64,000 nucleotides of DNA from NCBI GenBank assembly GCA_015222055.1, contig JADFUR010000065.1, positions 42,176 to 106,175 on the forward strand, read 5' to 3'. The stretch is from Bacteroidota bacterium (GTDB lineage: Bacteria > Bacteroidota > Bacteroidia > Bacteroidales > B39-G9). The notes beneath the pieces are model-generated. The model saw nothing but the letters and a program-made list of their open reading frames with translations. It ran no database searches and was not told where the DNA came from. Both the position numbers and the translations under genes were made by a program. Below, piece by piece: positions 20,868-32,700 of the stretch. Position 1 is the first letter of the stretch; each line of letters begins with the position of its first letter.

Positions 20868-23780
20868 ATGAACAAATATTTTATAATAGCTATTAGCGAA
20901 CACCGGAAATTTGGACTTTTTGCTCAGCCATATATTATAAAAAAAGACAATTCGTTTTACACTATCCAAAAAAAAGTAACCCTTGAATATATTGAAAACT
21001 ACGAATTTGATTTTTCTGAAAAAGAAAAACAAATAATCAGAATTACTGATGAATACAGTGACAGAAATTTATTACGAAATTTCTGCAAAAAGAAACAAGG
21101 TTTTAAAGAATTCTACACCACAGCATCACAAGAGCTTATAACAAAACAAATAAGACCATATATAGAAAAACGAATTGTTCAGATAGTTGAATTAATAAAA
21201 GGGACAAGCATTAAAATTTATAAATTATCGAAAAATTATAATAACATTTACGACAGTGATGAACTTTTTCTTAATAAAGAAAATGCACAAACTGTTTTTA
21301 ACATTATTAAATCGGAGAACGAAACAAAATATTTCATATCTATTCAACAAGATGATGAAAAATTAACTCTTACTAACAAAGCCGTTGTAATTCTCACAAA
21401 TTCACCCTGCTCTTTAATCCAAAACAATAAGATTTTCACTTTTACTGATGTAGATGGTAAAAAACTAGCACCTTTTTTTAATAAAACTCACATACTAATT
21501 CCAAAAAATGTTGAAAAAAAATGGTTTGAAACATTTGCTTTTAACAGCATAAAAAAATATAAAATTAATGCTTCAGGCTTTGAAATTATTGAAATTAAAC
21601 CAGAGATTAAACCTATTTTATCTATTGAGCATAATCTAAAAAAAGAGCCTGTGCTGGTTTTGAAATTTCAATATAACGATAAAACAATTTTATCTAATTA
21701 CATATCAAATGTTTTTATAAATTTTGACTTTTCAGATAGCAATTATAAATTTTACAAAATATACAGAGATAAAAAATTAGAGATTAATAAAATTAACAAG
21801 CTTATTGAACTAGGGTTTGAATCGAAAGATAATATGAATTTTTATCTCTCAACACAGAACAAAAGCGAAAAAAATATTTACCAATTAATTAATTTTATTA
21901 ATAATAATCAAAAGGAATTAACAGAAAACAATTTTACACTCAATCAAAATTATTTTGAAAAAAAATATTATCTCGGACCAATAAAACTCAATCTACATAT
22001 AAAAAACAATAATGATTGGTTTGACATTTACGGAACAATCATAATAGAAGGAACCGAAATTCCTTTTATAAAATTAATAAAACATATATTATCAGGTAAG
22101 CGAGAATATAAATTGCCTAGCAAAGAGATTATAATTATTCCAGAGGAATGGTTTTCTAAATATAAGGAAATTTTTCTTTTCAGTAAAAAGGAAAAAGAAA
22201 CTATAAAGATAAAAAAATATCATTTTCAATTATTGAAGAACAAAATTGAAGGTATAGATAAAAAATATCTTTTAGATTTTGAAGACTTACTAAACCAAAA
22301 AAAAGAACAAATTGAGCAACCAAAACTATTACAGGCAAAATTGCGTCCATATCAAACACAGGGATTGACATGGATGTATCATTTACAAAAAAATAATTTT
22401 GGCGGTTGTCTTGCTGATGATATGGGATTGGGTAAAACAATACAAACGCTCTCATTGTTGCTAAAATCGAGAACAAACGCAACTATTAAACAAAAATTAA
22501 CAAACACTTCAGAACAATTGTATTTTTTTAATGATGACGGCAATCAACGAAACACATCTTTAATTATAATGCCCTCGTCGTTAATACATAATTGGGTAAA
22601 CGAAATAATAAAATTCGCACCTCAACTTAGAGTATATAAATATATTGGGAACAACAGAACAAAAAACCTAAACAATTTTGGTCATTATGACATTGTTTTA
22701 ACAACTTATGGAGTTGTTAGAAATGATATTGAATTTTTAAAAAAATATAATTTTAGTTATATAATATTAGACGAAAGTCAGATAATAAAAAATCCGAAAT
22801 CGAAAACATATTCATCAGTTCTTGAGTTAAATTCAGAAAATAAACTTGTATTAACAGGCACCCCAATTGAAAATTCATTAATTGATCTTTGGTCGCAAAT
22901 AAATTTTATTAACAGAGGATTGCTTGGCAATTTAAATTTTTTCAAAACTCAATTTGTTATTCCAATTGAAAAAGACCATGATGATATACAACAAGACAAA
23001 CTTAAAAATTTAATTCACCCATTTATATTAAGGCGAACAAAACAAGAAGTAGCAAAAGACTTACCTGATTTAACAGAACAAACACTTTATTGCAAAATGA
23101 CTGTTGATCAAAAACATTTTTATGAGGAAGAAAAATCAAAAATCAGAAATTTAGTTTTAGAAAGCATTGAGCAAAAAGGTGTTGAGAAATCTAAATTTGT
23201 TGTATTACAAGCACTAATTAAACTAAGACAGTTAGCCAACCATCCTGTATTAGTTAATAAAGATTATGAATCTGATTCTGGGAAATTTGATGATGTTGTA
23301 AGGAATATCGAAAATGTAATTTCTGAAAATCACAAAGTGTTAATATTCTCTTCATTTACAAAACATCTTGATTTATTTGCCAAATATCTTGACGAAAAAA
23401 ATACTAAGTATTCAATATTAACCGGTAAGAGCAAAGACAGAGAACGAATAATAAAGGTTTTTCAAGATGATAAAAACACCAAAATATTTCTAATCTCACT
23501 AAAAGCAGGTGGCGTAGGTCTAAATTTAACTGCAGCCGATTATGTATTTTTGCTTGACCCTTGGTGGAATCCTGCAGCCGAAAACCAAGCCATTAGTCGT
23601 GCTCATCGAATAGGTCAAAACAAAAAAGTATTTGTATATAGATTTATTTCGAGTGAAACAATAGAAGAAAAAATAATTCAGTTACAAAAAAAGAAATCAC
23701 AATTAGCAAATTTATTCATTAACTCAAACAATCCATTTAAAAAACTGACTGTTGAAAATCTTGTTGAGCTTTTTGATTAA
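20868..23780 (+). CDS. SNF2-family helicase with ~480-aa uncharacterised N-terminal region
   Basis: LRPYQTQGLTWM, DDMGLGKTIQ, ILDESQIIKNP, LTGTPIENSL, ISRAHRIGQ. Confidence 0.9.
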   Translation: MNKYFIIAISEHRKFGLFAQPYIIKKDNSFYTIQKKVTLEYIENYEFDFSEKEKQIIRITDEYSDRNLLRNFCKKKQGFKEFYTTASQELITKQIRPYIEKRIVQIVELIKGTSIKIYKLSKNYNNIYDSDELFLNKENAQTVFNIIKSENETKYFISIQQDDEKLTLTNKAVVILTNSPCSLIQNNKIFTFTDVDGKKLAPFFNKTHILIPKNVEKKWFETFAFNSIKKYKINASGFEIIEIKPEIKPILSIEHNLKKEPVLVLKFQYNDKTILSNYISNVFINFDFSDSNYKFYKIYRDKKLEINKINKLIELGFESKDNMNFYLSTQNKSEKNIYQLINFINNNQKELTENNFTLNQNYFEKKYYLGPIKLNLHIKNNNDWFDIYGTIIIEGTEIPFIKLIKHILSGKREYKLPSKEIIIIPEEWFSKYKEIFLFSKKEKETIKIKKYHFQLLKNKIEGIDKKYLLDFEDLLNQKKEQIEQPKLLQAKLRPYQTQGLTWMYHLQKNNFGGCLADDMGLGKTIQTLSLLLKSRTNATIKQKLTNTSEQLYFFNDDGNQRNTSLIIMPSSLIHNWVNEIIKFAPQLRVYKYIGNNRTKNLNNFGHYDIVLTTYGVVRNDIEFLKKYNFSYIILDESQIIKNPKSKTYSSVLELNSENKLVLTGTPIENSLIDLWSQINFINRGLLGNLNFFKTQFVIPIEKDHDDIQQDKLKNLIHPFILRRTKQEVAKDLPDLTEQTLYCKMTVDQKHFYEEEKSKIRNLVLESIEQKGVEKSKFVVLQALIKLRQLANHPVLVNKDYESDSGKFDDVVRNIENVISENHKVLIFSSFTKHLDLFAKYLDEKNTKYSILTGKSKDRERIIKVFQDDKNTKIFLISLKAGGVGLNLTAADYVFLLDPWWNPAAENQAISRAHRIGQNKKVFVYRFISSETIEEKIIQLQKKKSQLANLFINSNNPFKKLTVENLVELFD

Positions 23781-23862
23781 TGATATTGATTCGAAATTTT
23801 ATCCAGTTCTAACATCGTGATTTATAATCATATTTAAATAAAGACATTTAATTTAAATATTT

Positions 23863-23870
23863 TATATTTG
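23863..23870 (+). promoter_or_regulatory. Putative -7 promoter box (TAnnTTTG)
   Basis: tatatttg lies 28 nt upstream of the 23898 ATG. Motif match only. Confidence 0.3.
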
Positions 23871-23897
23871 TAAATATTTATAATAAAAATAATTAAT

Positions 23898-24410
23898 ATG
23901 AAAAAAACATTATTTTTAGCAATAGGAATATTTCTTTTAAGTAATCTTTTTAGTCAAACAAACAAAAAAGAAAATTTACAGGCTGTTGACGGCGAAAAAA
24001 TTTTACAGAAAATAACTAAATTTCAATTATCCAGTTGGAACTACGAAGGCGAAAAAAATATTCGTTATTACACCCCTTTTGCTAAAAAATTTTTCTCATC
24101 CTTTGGCAACGATGGAATAGGTATTATTGGAAACGATTCTATTATTGACGCAATTAATTTCGCAAGTGTTAATTTTATTGCAATTAAAACACTTGAACAA
24201 AGAACAAAAAAGTTAAAAAGCACTCAAGACGAATTACAAGAAACTCAACTAAGATTGCAACAAGAATCTTCAAAAATTATGAACTTGCAGATGCAAATAG
24301 ATAAATTAAAAAGCTCTTTAGATGATATTAATATCTTTAGGTCTAAAATTATTAATATGGAAGATCGAATTCAAGAAACAAATCGTAAGATTGAAGAATT
24401 AGAAAAATAA
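23898..24410 (+). CDS. Small secreted protein with tail-fibre / endosialidase-chaperone (Peptidase S74-like) domain and C-terminal coiled coil
   Basis: Signal peptide MKKTLFLAIGIFLLSNLFSQ. SWNYEGEKNIRYYTPFAKKFFSSFG...IDAINFASVNFIAIKTLEQR fits the S74 intramolecular-chaperone pattern (from memory). A heptad-like tail follows. Confidence 0.5.
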   Translation: MKKTLFLAIGIFLLSNLFSQTNKKENLQAVDGEKILQKITKFQLSSWNYEGEKNIRYYTPFAKKFFSSFGNDGIGIIGNDSIIDAINFASVNFIAIKTLEQRTKKLKSTQDELQETQLRLQQESSKIMNLQMQIDKLKSSLDDINIFRSKIINMEDRIQETNRKIEELEK

Positions 24411-24418
24411 TTTTTATA

Positions 24419-24460
24419 GAAATAGATTTTTCAAATTGTTAAAATTTGAAAAATCTATTT
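24419..24460. terminator. Bidirectional hairpin terminator between convergent genes
   Basis: aaatagatttttcaaat / atttgaaaaatctattt: 17-bp perfect stem between the stops at 24410 (+) and 24506 (-). Confidence 0.6.
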
Positions 24461-24505
24461 AACATTCAATTAAACAGTGCAAGTAATTAGTTAAATTTTT
24501 TAATT

Positions 24506-25453
24506 TTATACTCGTTTTAAAAATCGATTAATATTTTTCTTTATTCTTTCTTCTACACTATTAATATTGTCTTTTATAAATTTCTCACCAATAATACTTT
24601 CATAAAGTTCAATATATCTTTCAGATGTATCTTTAATAATTTCATATGTCATTTCAGGTATTTTTTGTCCATCCTTACCTTGAAAATTATTTTCAATTAA
24701 CCATTGGCGTACAAATTCTTTTGAAAGTTGACGTTGAGCTTGTCCTTTGTTTTGTCTTTCTTCATATCCTTCAGAATAGAAATAACGTGAAGAATCTGGC
24801 GTGTGAATTTCATCAATTAAAAAAATTTGATTATCTTTTTTACCGAACTCATATTTTGTATCAACGAGTATCAAACCTTTATCATCCGCAAGTTTTGTTC
24901 CTCTTCTAAACAATTCAAGTGAATATGTTTCTAATTTTTCATAGTCTTTTTGTGATACTATATTTCTTTTTACAATTTCTTCTTTCGAAATATCCTGATC
25001 ATGACCGACATCTTCTTTTGTTGTAGGAGTTATTATTGGCTTATCAAATTTATCATGTTCTTTCATCCCTTCAGGTAAAGCCACACCACAAATTTCACGC
25101 TTTCCACTTTTATATTCTCTCCATGCATGCCCTGTAAGATAAGCTCTTACAACCATTTCAACCTTAAAAGGCTCAATAAAATAACCAACAGTTACCATTG
25201 GATCTGGTGATGATATCTTCCAATTAGGAACAATATCTTTAGTGGCATCTAAAAATTTTGAAGCAATTTGATTCAAAACTTGTCCTTTAAAAGGGATTGC
25301 TTTAGGCAAAACAACATCAAAGGCCGAAATTCTATCAGTTACAACTATTATAATATATTTATCGTCAATATTATATACATCACGTACTTTGCCTTTATAA
25401 AAACTTTTTTGATTAAAGAAACTGAACCTTGTACCTATAACAGCATCATTCAT
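24506..25453 (-). CDS. purC: Phosphoribosylaminoimidazole-succinocarboxamide synthase
   Basis: 315-aa long-form SAICAR synthetase ([24 protein letters not shown]). Confidence 0.93.
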   Translation of the reverse strand: MNDAVIGTRFSFFNQKSFYKGKVRDVYNIDDKYIIIVVTDRISAFDVVLPKAIPFKGQVLNQIASKFLDATKDIVPNWKISSPDPMVTVGYFIEPFKVEMVVRAYLTGHAWREYKSGKREICGVALPEGMKEHDKFDKPIITPTTKEDVGHDQDISKEEIVKRNIVSQKDYEKLETYSLELFRRGTKLADDKGLILVDTKYEFGKKDNQIFLIDEIHTPDSSRYFYSEGYEERQNKGQAQRQLSKEFVRQWLIENNFQGKDGQKIPEMTYEIIKDTSERYIELYESIIGEKFIKDNINSVEERIKKNINRFLKRV

Positions 25454-25634
25454 AAGTGCTTATTTTTTATCGTTAAAATTAAAAAAATTATATGCAATAT
25501 AAAAAATTAATATTTTTATTTAAAATTAGTTTTACAAAATTTTAGTTGGAATTTTAACTTTTAAAATTGCAATATTTCTTATTTAAATTATTAAGTCATT
25601 TATAATACAATCATTTTTTTATAAATGCAAAAAA

Positions 25635-26963
25635 CTACAAATATTCTATTAATTTCTCAAGACCATTCTTTCTTGACCCCTTAATTAATATCGAGGATGA
25701 TTTAATTGGATTAATATTCATGAAACCAATAAGCTCTTCAACATTTTTAAAAAAGTTAAATCCTTTATAATGAGTATTTAAATCGTAAAAACATTCCCCT
25801 ATTAAAAAAACTTTTTTAAAATTCATCTTTTCAATAAAAATTGTAATCAATGAATGCTCAATGTCTGATTTAGAACCAAGTTCAAGCATATCTCCTAAAA
25901 TAATTATTTTGTTCTCAAGTTTAGTTTTCAAAAAAGCATTTATAGCTTCTTTCATGCTAGTAGGGTTGGCATTGTAAGCATCTAAAATTATTGTATTGCT
26001 TTGTTTTTTTATAAGCTGAGATCTTTTGTTCGAAGGAATATAATTTTCAATGGCATTTTTAATATTAAGTTCCGAAATACCAAAATGATTACCAATACAA
26101 GCTGCAGCTAAGGCATTTTCAAAATTAAAAGCTCCAAATATTTTAGTTTTTATAGACCTTGTATTATTATTCCAATCAAATATATCATCATCAAAAGACA
26201 TATCCTCAGTAGACATCCACTTGAATTGGAGAAATAAATCGGAATTAATTAACTTTCCTTGACAATGATTAAAACCCGAAGAACCATAAAATATTACTCT
26301 TGCAGGGGGATTTAAATCTTCCAAAATTTCATTATCGTTATTAACAAAAGCAAGCCCCTTATTAATTATCAGAAATTGATATAATTCAGATTTTGCTTTT
26401 TTAACACCTTCAAGAGATCCAAAACCTTCTAGATGAGCTTTACCGATATTTGTTATTACACCATAATTTGGTTGTGCTATTTCACATAATTCTTTTATTT
26501 CACCTATATGATTAGCTCCCATTTCGACAACTCCAATATCCGTATCTTTATTCATATTCAATAAAGTTATGGGAACTCCAATATGGTTATTTAAATTTCC
26601 ACTGGTTGAAACAACATTAAATTGAGTAGCAAGAATCTTATTTATTAATTCTTTAGTAGTTGTTTTTCCATTAGTACCTGTAATAGCCAAAATAGGCAAG
26701 TCTAATTGTTCGCGATGATATTTGGCAAGCTTCTGCAAAGTATCTAAAACATTTTCGACAAGAATAAAACGATTATCAACAGCAAATTCTTTCTCATCAA
26801 CTACTGCATAGTTACATTTATCCAAAGCATTAATTGCATATCTGTTTCCATTAAAATTATCTCCCTTTAGAGCAAAAAAAATTGATTTGTCAATAATTTT
26901 TCTGCTATCTGTACAGATATATGGATGTTTTAAAAAAATATTATATAATTCACTAATCTTCAT
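25635..26963 (-). CDS. murF: UDP-N-acetylmuramoyl-tripeptide--D-alanyl-D-alanine ligase
   Basis: Mur ligase motifs (ITGTNGKTTTKE, DAYNANPTSM) and MurF-like length. Confidence 0.9.
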   Translation of the reverse strand: MKISELYNIFLKHPYICTDSRKIIDKSIFFALKGDNFNGNRYAINALDKCNYAVVDEKEFAVDNRFILVENVLDTLQKLAKYHREQLDLPILAITGTNGKTTTKELINKILATQFNVVSTSGNLNNHIGVPITLLNMNKDTDIGVVEMGANHIGEIKELCEIAQPNYGVITNIGKAHLEGFGSLEGVKKAKSELYQFLIINKGLAFVNNDNEILEDLNPPARVIFYGSSGFNHCQGKLINSDLFLQFKWMSTEDMSFDDDIFDWNNNTRSIKTKIFGAFNFENALAAACIGNHFGISELNIKNAIENYIPSNKRSQLIKKQSNTIILDAYNANPTSMKEAINAFLKTKLENKIIILGDMLELGSKSDIEHSLITIFIEKMNFKKVFLIGECFYDLNTHYKGFNFFKNVEELIGFMNINPIKSSSILIKGSRKNGLEKLIEYL

Positions 26964-26969
26964 ATCATT

Positions 26970-26997
26970 AAAAAAACCTCATTAAAATAATGAGGTT
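26970..26997 (-). terminator. Rho-independent terminator downstream of gldJ
   Basis: Minus strand: aacctcatt-atttt-aatgaggtt followed by T7. Confidence 0.65.
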
Positions 26998-27018
26998 AAA
27001 TATTAAATAATAATAATT

Positions 27019-28500
27019 CTATTTCGAAGCTGGAGCACCAACACGTGTCATTGCACAACGGAAGCCCAAGTCATCTTGAGAATGATTCTCGTCTAAAAAT
27101 CTTCTTGTACCAGAAACTAACCAATAAGCACGATCTCTCCACGAACCACCTTTGTATACACGCGAATGGTCTGTTATTAATGAAGTAATATTAATTGTAT
27201 TTTTATCTTGAGAATGATACATTCTATTTGAGCCAGATCCTTTAGTAGCATCTTCGTTACCATACTCAATACTTGATTCATAATCTCCATCAAGATAATT
27301 AATATTGTCTGATTTACTGTAATTTCTTCTATCTATAGATTCTGCTTCAGTAACATCTCTCCATTGAATTCTTCCAAGTGAATCTTTTTGTGCAATATTT
27401 CCTTCATCATCTCTAATTTGAGTCTTAAAAACATTTCCTCTAAATGGTCTAAACTCATCCATATTCTGAGATGAAGTTGGTCGATATATATCTAAAACCC
27501 ATTCGTTTACATTTCCAGCCATACAATAAAGACCAAAATCATTAGGCCAATAACTATGAACAGGACCACAGTAATCTGCATTATCATTAAGCGAACCTGC
27601 AGTTCCCATCATATCACCTCTACCTCTAATAAAGTTAGCCATCATACTTCCCTGATCACCTGAGTTAGGATTTCTAAATCTTTCACCATTCCATGGATAC
27701 AATCTTCTTTCGTAAACACGTTCTTCAACAGAATTACCAACTAAGGCTACAGCAGCATATTCCCATTCTGCTTCGGTTGGCAGTCTATATCTAGGCAAGA
27801 AAATACCATCTTCTAATCTTACTTTTCTAACATCCTTATTTGGATCCATATCTTCCATTGGCTCTCCAACGGCTCCTTCATATTGTCCAGCAAGATATGC
27901 CTCAGTGTTAAAATTATTTTCAGCTTGTTGATTTGGATCTTCTAACAATATTCCTAATTGAATTAAAACATTTTCATTTACGCGATCTGTTCTCCACTTA
28001 CAAAAATTTGTAGCTTGAACCCAACTAACACCTACAACTGGATACTCTTGATAAGCAGGATGACGAAAATAATATAAAAGTTGAGGTTCATTATAAGATA
28101 ATTTTCTTCTCCATACTAAAGTATCTGGTAATGCTTTTTTATAAACATCTGGATAATCAACAAATACACGATCTAACCAAAATAAATATTCTCTATAATC
28201 AACATTCTTAACTTCTGTTTCATCCATATAAAACGAGGAAACAGTAACTCTACGTGGCATGTTATTCCAATCATACAGCACATCTTGTTCAACACGTCCC
28301 ATTGTAAATGTTCCTCCTTCAACCAAAACTAAACCAGGTCCTGTCTCTTGTTCAAAATAACCTTGTTTATATTCGAAACCTCCATTATCAGGATTATTAT
28401 ATGACCAGCCTGTTATTTGTGAAGCTTCTTCGTTACATGAAGTCGCAATTAATACAATTGTTGTGAATAATGAAATTGCAGTAAGTGTTCTTATTTTCAT
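27019..28500 (-). CDS. gldJ: Gliding-motility/T9SS lipoprotein GldJ (FGE-sulfatase/SUMF1-like fold)
   Basis: Lipoprotein signal (...LIATSC). ITGWSYNNPDNGGFEY N-terminus and SUMF1-type motifs (GGSWRD, GFRC). Synteny with murF and porU/porV as in Flavobacterium johnsoniae. A GldK/PorK paralogue cannot be fully excluded. Confidence 0.75.
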   Translation of the reverse strand: MKIRTLTAISLFTTIVLIATSCNEEASQITGWSYNNPDNGGFEYKQGYFEQETGPGLVLVEGGTFTMGRVEQDVLYDWNNMPRRVTVSSFYMDETEVKNVDYREYLFWLDRVFVDYPDVYKKALPDTLVWRRKLSYNEPQLLYYFRHPAYQEYPVVGVSWVQATNFCKWRTDRVNENVLIQLGILLEDPNQQAENNFNTEAYLAGQYEGAVGEPMEDMDPNKDVRKVRLEDGIFLPRYRLPTEAEWEYAAVALVGNSVEERVYERRLYPWNGERFRNPNSGDQGSMMANFIRGRGDMMGTAGSLNDNADYCGPVHSYWPNDFGLYCMAGNVNEWVLDIYRPTSSQNMDEFRPFRGNVFKTQIRDDEGNIAQKDSLGRIQWRDVTEAESIDRRNYSKSDNINYLDGDYESSIEYGNEDATKGSGSNRMYHSQDKNTINITSLITDHSRVYKGGSWRDRAYWLVSGTRRFLDENHSQDDLGFRCAMTRVGAPASK

Positions 28501-28564
28501 AATTTTTTTTTTTCAAATTCAATTACAAATATAAATAAAAAGATGAATTTACAATAATATTTAA

Positions 28565-29548
28565 CTAAAAAGATGGACATTTTATTGCTCTAAACTTTTT
28601 CTTTGGTTTTAGCCTCTCAAATTCAATGACAAAGGAAAGCTCATGAGCTCCAATAATTCGGGTGCTTAAATACGAAATATTAAAATCGTAACTATAGGCA
28701 AATTTATAATAATCAGATTTATATCCAAAAAGGAAAACAAGTGAACTGAAATGTGGTTTTAAATTTTGTCTTAACCAAAATCCGGCTTCAAATTGTCTCC
28801 TATGAAGATAGATTCCATAATTAATTTGCTGAAAATTTCGCTGTTGTTGAAATAAAATGTTTGGCGAAAAATATAAATCTCCTTTTCTAAATCGGAAATT
28901 TTTTATTTCAATATTGGTTCCAAATTGTAACGAAAACTTCGTGCTTAGAACATTGCTGTAATTTTCAATACCTGAAAAAGATTCTAAAGGCTGAGTTAAA
29001 TGATGAACGGCAAATCCAAAATAACTATCCTTATTATAACCTATAAAACCTGCCGAAAAATCAATAAACCCTTTTTTTAATTTATTTGGTGACAGTTCTC
29101 TCGTTGTGTTCACATTCCTTCCTGATGGGTCAATCATATCGGGAAATACTAAATTATCCCAATTAAGTTTTTTTTGTGAATATGTAGTTTGAAATCCTGC
29201 ACTAAAAGAAAATTTTTTGCTTAAATTCATTTTATAAGAGTACATACCACTTATATTAAATGTATTAAAATCACCTCTTACATCATCCATTATATGAAAT
29301 CCCACACCTCCTTGAACGGCATCTACATACTGATCATATGATGCCGAATAAGTAGCAAACGACGACTGTGCTCCAGTCCATTGATTTCGATAATTTACGG
29401 CTACTCTTGCATTCATTTCTGATCCTGCAAAAGCTGGATTCAGATATAATGAATTTGTATAAAATTGAGAAAACTGAGCATCTTGTGCTTTGATTTGTGA
29501 AATTATACAAAAAGGTAAATATAATAATATTATTATCTTCTTATTCAT
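28565..29548 (-). CDS. PorP/SprF-family T9SS membrane protein
   Basis: Signal peptide then AQDAQFSQFYTNSLYLNPAFAGS, the characteristic PorP/SprF N-terminus. Beta-barrel-like alternating pattern. Confidence 0.85.
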   Translation of the reverse strand: MNKKIIILLYLPFCIISQIKAQDAQFSQFYTNSLYLNPAFAGSEMNARVAVNYRNQWTGAQSSFATYSASYDQYVDAVQGGVGFHIMDDVRGDFNTFNISGMYSYKMNLSKKFSFSAGFQTTYSQKKLNWDNLVFPDMIDPSGRNVNTTRELSPNKLKKGFIDFSAGFIGYNKDSYFGFAVHHLTQPLESFSGIENYSNVLSTKFSLQFGTNIEIKNFRFRKGDLYFSPNILFQQQRNFQQINYGIYLHRRQFEAGFWLRQNLKPHFSSLVFLFGYKSDYYKFAYSYDFNISYLSTRIIGAHELSFVIEFERLKPKKKFRAIKCPSF

Positions 29549-29755
29549 GTAACAACAATCAACCGTATTTATAACAATAAAAGTACAAAAAAAAACGTTA
29601 AAAAACTTAAATTAAGAAAATCTTTTATTTTTAATCTATTATCATTTTCTTTATTGAGTTATTTATCCGTAAAATATTAATTCAATTTCGTTAAATTAAA
29701 TTACTTTAAATAGTATGATTTACTTAGCTTCTTAATTAAAATTTATTTATATAAA

Positions 29756-32700
29756 ATGAGAATTAAAAAAACCTTGCTCTGTATATTTATTATATTCAAT
29801 GTATTAAGCTCTAATATTATAGCACAACAAAAGGCTTTAACTGAAAGCATAAAATGGCAAAATAATATTTCAAAAAGTTTAGACAGTAACTATTCTGAAA
29901 GATTAAATTTTAAAGATGCTGTTTATAATGATTTGAACTCGTTATTACCATTTTATTTTAAACGCATTAAACTTAGTAATATTACAAATGATGTAGATGT
30001 TAATATTACGAACACATCATTTTCTAATTTTAAAAGCGATGAACTTAAAAACATTAAAATCAAAAAAAACTTTCAAAGCAACATAAAAATTAATTATAAA
30101 ATAAAATATGATAGAAAAATTCCATATTTATATGTAAATTTTATCCCAATAGTTAGAAATAAATCAAACGGCAAATTACAAAAATTACAGAATTTCACAA
30201 TATCTATTACTGAAAAATCTAGTGCTAAAAAATCGACAAAACTCAAATCACACAAACAAAATTCCATTTTAAATTCCGGTAATTGGTTTAAAATAAAAAT
30301 CGACAAAACAGGCGTTTACAAACTCACTTATAACGATTTGATTAATATTGGCATTTCAAAGCCTGAAAATGTTCGTATATATGGAAATGGAGGAAGTATG
30401 TTACCTATAAAAAATAGTGCTTTTCGATACGATGATTTAGTCGAAAATCCTATATTTATGGAAAAAGGTAGTGATGGTATTTTCAACCAAGATGATTACA
30501 TTATTTTTTATGCCCAAAACTCAGTAGAATGGAAATATAACGAACAAGAGCAACTTTTTTATCATTCTGTGAATATGTACACAGACTATTCATACTATTT
30601 TCTTACCTCAGATTTAGCTTCTGGTAAAAAAATTACTACAGAAAATATCCCTTCTGCTAATATAACAAATAATATATTTACTTACGACGACTATGCTTTT
30701 TTTGAAAAAAACGATACTAATCTAATTCGCTCAGGGCGTGAATGGTTTGGCGAAGCTTTTCGGAATCAAACATCATATAACTTTTCGTTTCAATTCCCAA
30801 ACAGGGATGTATCAGTACCAATAAAAATAAAAACTCATGTTGCATCACACTCTTCTAACTCGTATCCCGACAGTTATTTTAAATTAACTTCCGATAATGC
30901 AGATATACAAACAATTTATGTTCCGGGATTTAACACTGGGTCAAGTTACTCTGCGGCTAAGGACAAAACCGCTTCAAGTTTTTTTTCAAACTCTAATAAA
31001 AATTTGAACATAAATATAAAATATTTTGGAACATCTAGCTCATCTGAAGGTTGGCTAAATTATATTTTTTTAAATGTGCGGCAAAATCTCTCTATGACTA
31101 AAAATCAAATAAATTTTCGTGATATTATTTCCGTAGGGTCAGGAAATATTTCACAATTTACACTCTCAAATGCTACACAAAACATAAAAATATGGGATGT
31201 GTCAAACATATCTGACATAAAACAGATATCAACACAATACTCGAATAACAAATTGACTTTTAAGCTTGCAACCGATACACTACGAGAATTTATAGCCTTC
31301 ACTGGCGATGAATTTTTTACACCTATTATTCAAGGTGATGATTTAGGTAAAATTGAAAATCAAAATTTACACGCCCTAAATTTTTACGATTTAATAATTG
31401 TTACTCATCCAGACTTTAAATCTTATGCTGATGAACTTGCCGATTTTCATATAAATAGTGATAATTTAAAGGTGCTATCTGTAACAAGCTCACAGGTTTA
31501 TAATGAATTCTCATCAGGAAAACCCGACGTTGCTGCAATTAGAGATTTCATGAAAATGTTTTACGACAGAGCAACTACTGAAGAGCAATTGCCAAAATAT
31601 CTTTTATTATTTGGTGACGGCTCATATGACAACAAGACACAGAGTAACAAAAATTCAAATTATATTTTAACATATCAGTCAAAAAATTCACTAGATGGAG
31701 ATTCCTCATTTAGCACAGATGATTTTTATGCAATGCTAGATGATGATGAAGGAGGCTACGTAGGAGCTGTAGATATTGGTGTTGGACGATTACCGGTAAG
31801 AACCGAGGATGAAGCACAGTCAGTTACAAATAAAATTAAAAACTATTATAATAAAGAAACCATAGGTGATTGGCGTAATTCAATTTGCTTTATTGGAGAT
31901 GATGAAGACAACAATGATTATATGCGTAATGCAAACGAATTATCAAAAAAAATTCTCACAAATCATCCTACATATAACATTGATAAAATTTTCCTTGATG
32001 CTTATCCTCAAATTTCAACGCCTAGTGGACAAAGATACCCTGATGTTACCAATGCTATTAATAACAAAATGAAAAAAGGAGCTCTCCTAATTAACTATAT
32101 TGGACACGGAAACCCCACAAAATTTTCACACGAAGAAGTAATAACGATTAATGATGTTACTTCTTGGACAAATTACAACCAATTGCCTTTGTTTATGACT
32201 GCCAGTTGTGAAGTCAGCCGATTTGATGATTATGCACGAACTTCTATTGGCGAACTTATTTTATTAAATCCAAATGGAGGTGGTATCGCTTTATTGTCAA
32301 CTACTCGTTTAGTGAGCTCAGGAGCTAATAACGCATTAAATAAAAATTTTATCAATTTTGTTTTTAATAAAGATTTACGATTAGGTGATATTGTAAGACT
32401 AACGAAAGTAAATACAGGTTCTGATGCAACTACAAATAAACGAAACTTCACTCTTCTGGGTGACCCTGCATTAAAACTAAACATACCCCGAAATAATGTT
32501 GTAACTACAAAAATAAACAACACTCCTATTACTGAAAATATTGATACATTAAATGCTTTAAGCAAGATTACAATTCAAGGTTTTGTTCAAGATGAAGCAG
32601 GAAATAAACTTACCGATTTTAACGGATTAATAAGTCCCACAATTTATGACAAACCTGTTAGTAAAACTACTCTCAGTAATGATGGACTTACTCCTTTCAC

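Noticed and set aside
20868-23780. SNF2 helicase as part of a DISARM/BREX-like defence system
   Set aside because: No methyltransferase, DUF1998, PLD or PglZ-type partner is adjacent. It is flanked by a translation factor gene and purC, so it is treated as a chromosomal SNF2/RapA-like gene.
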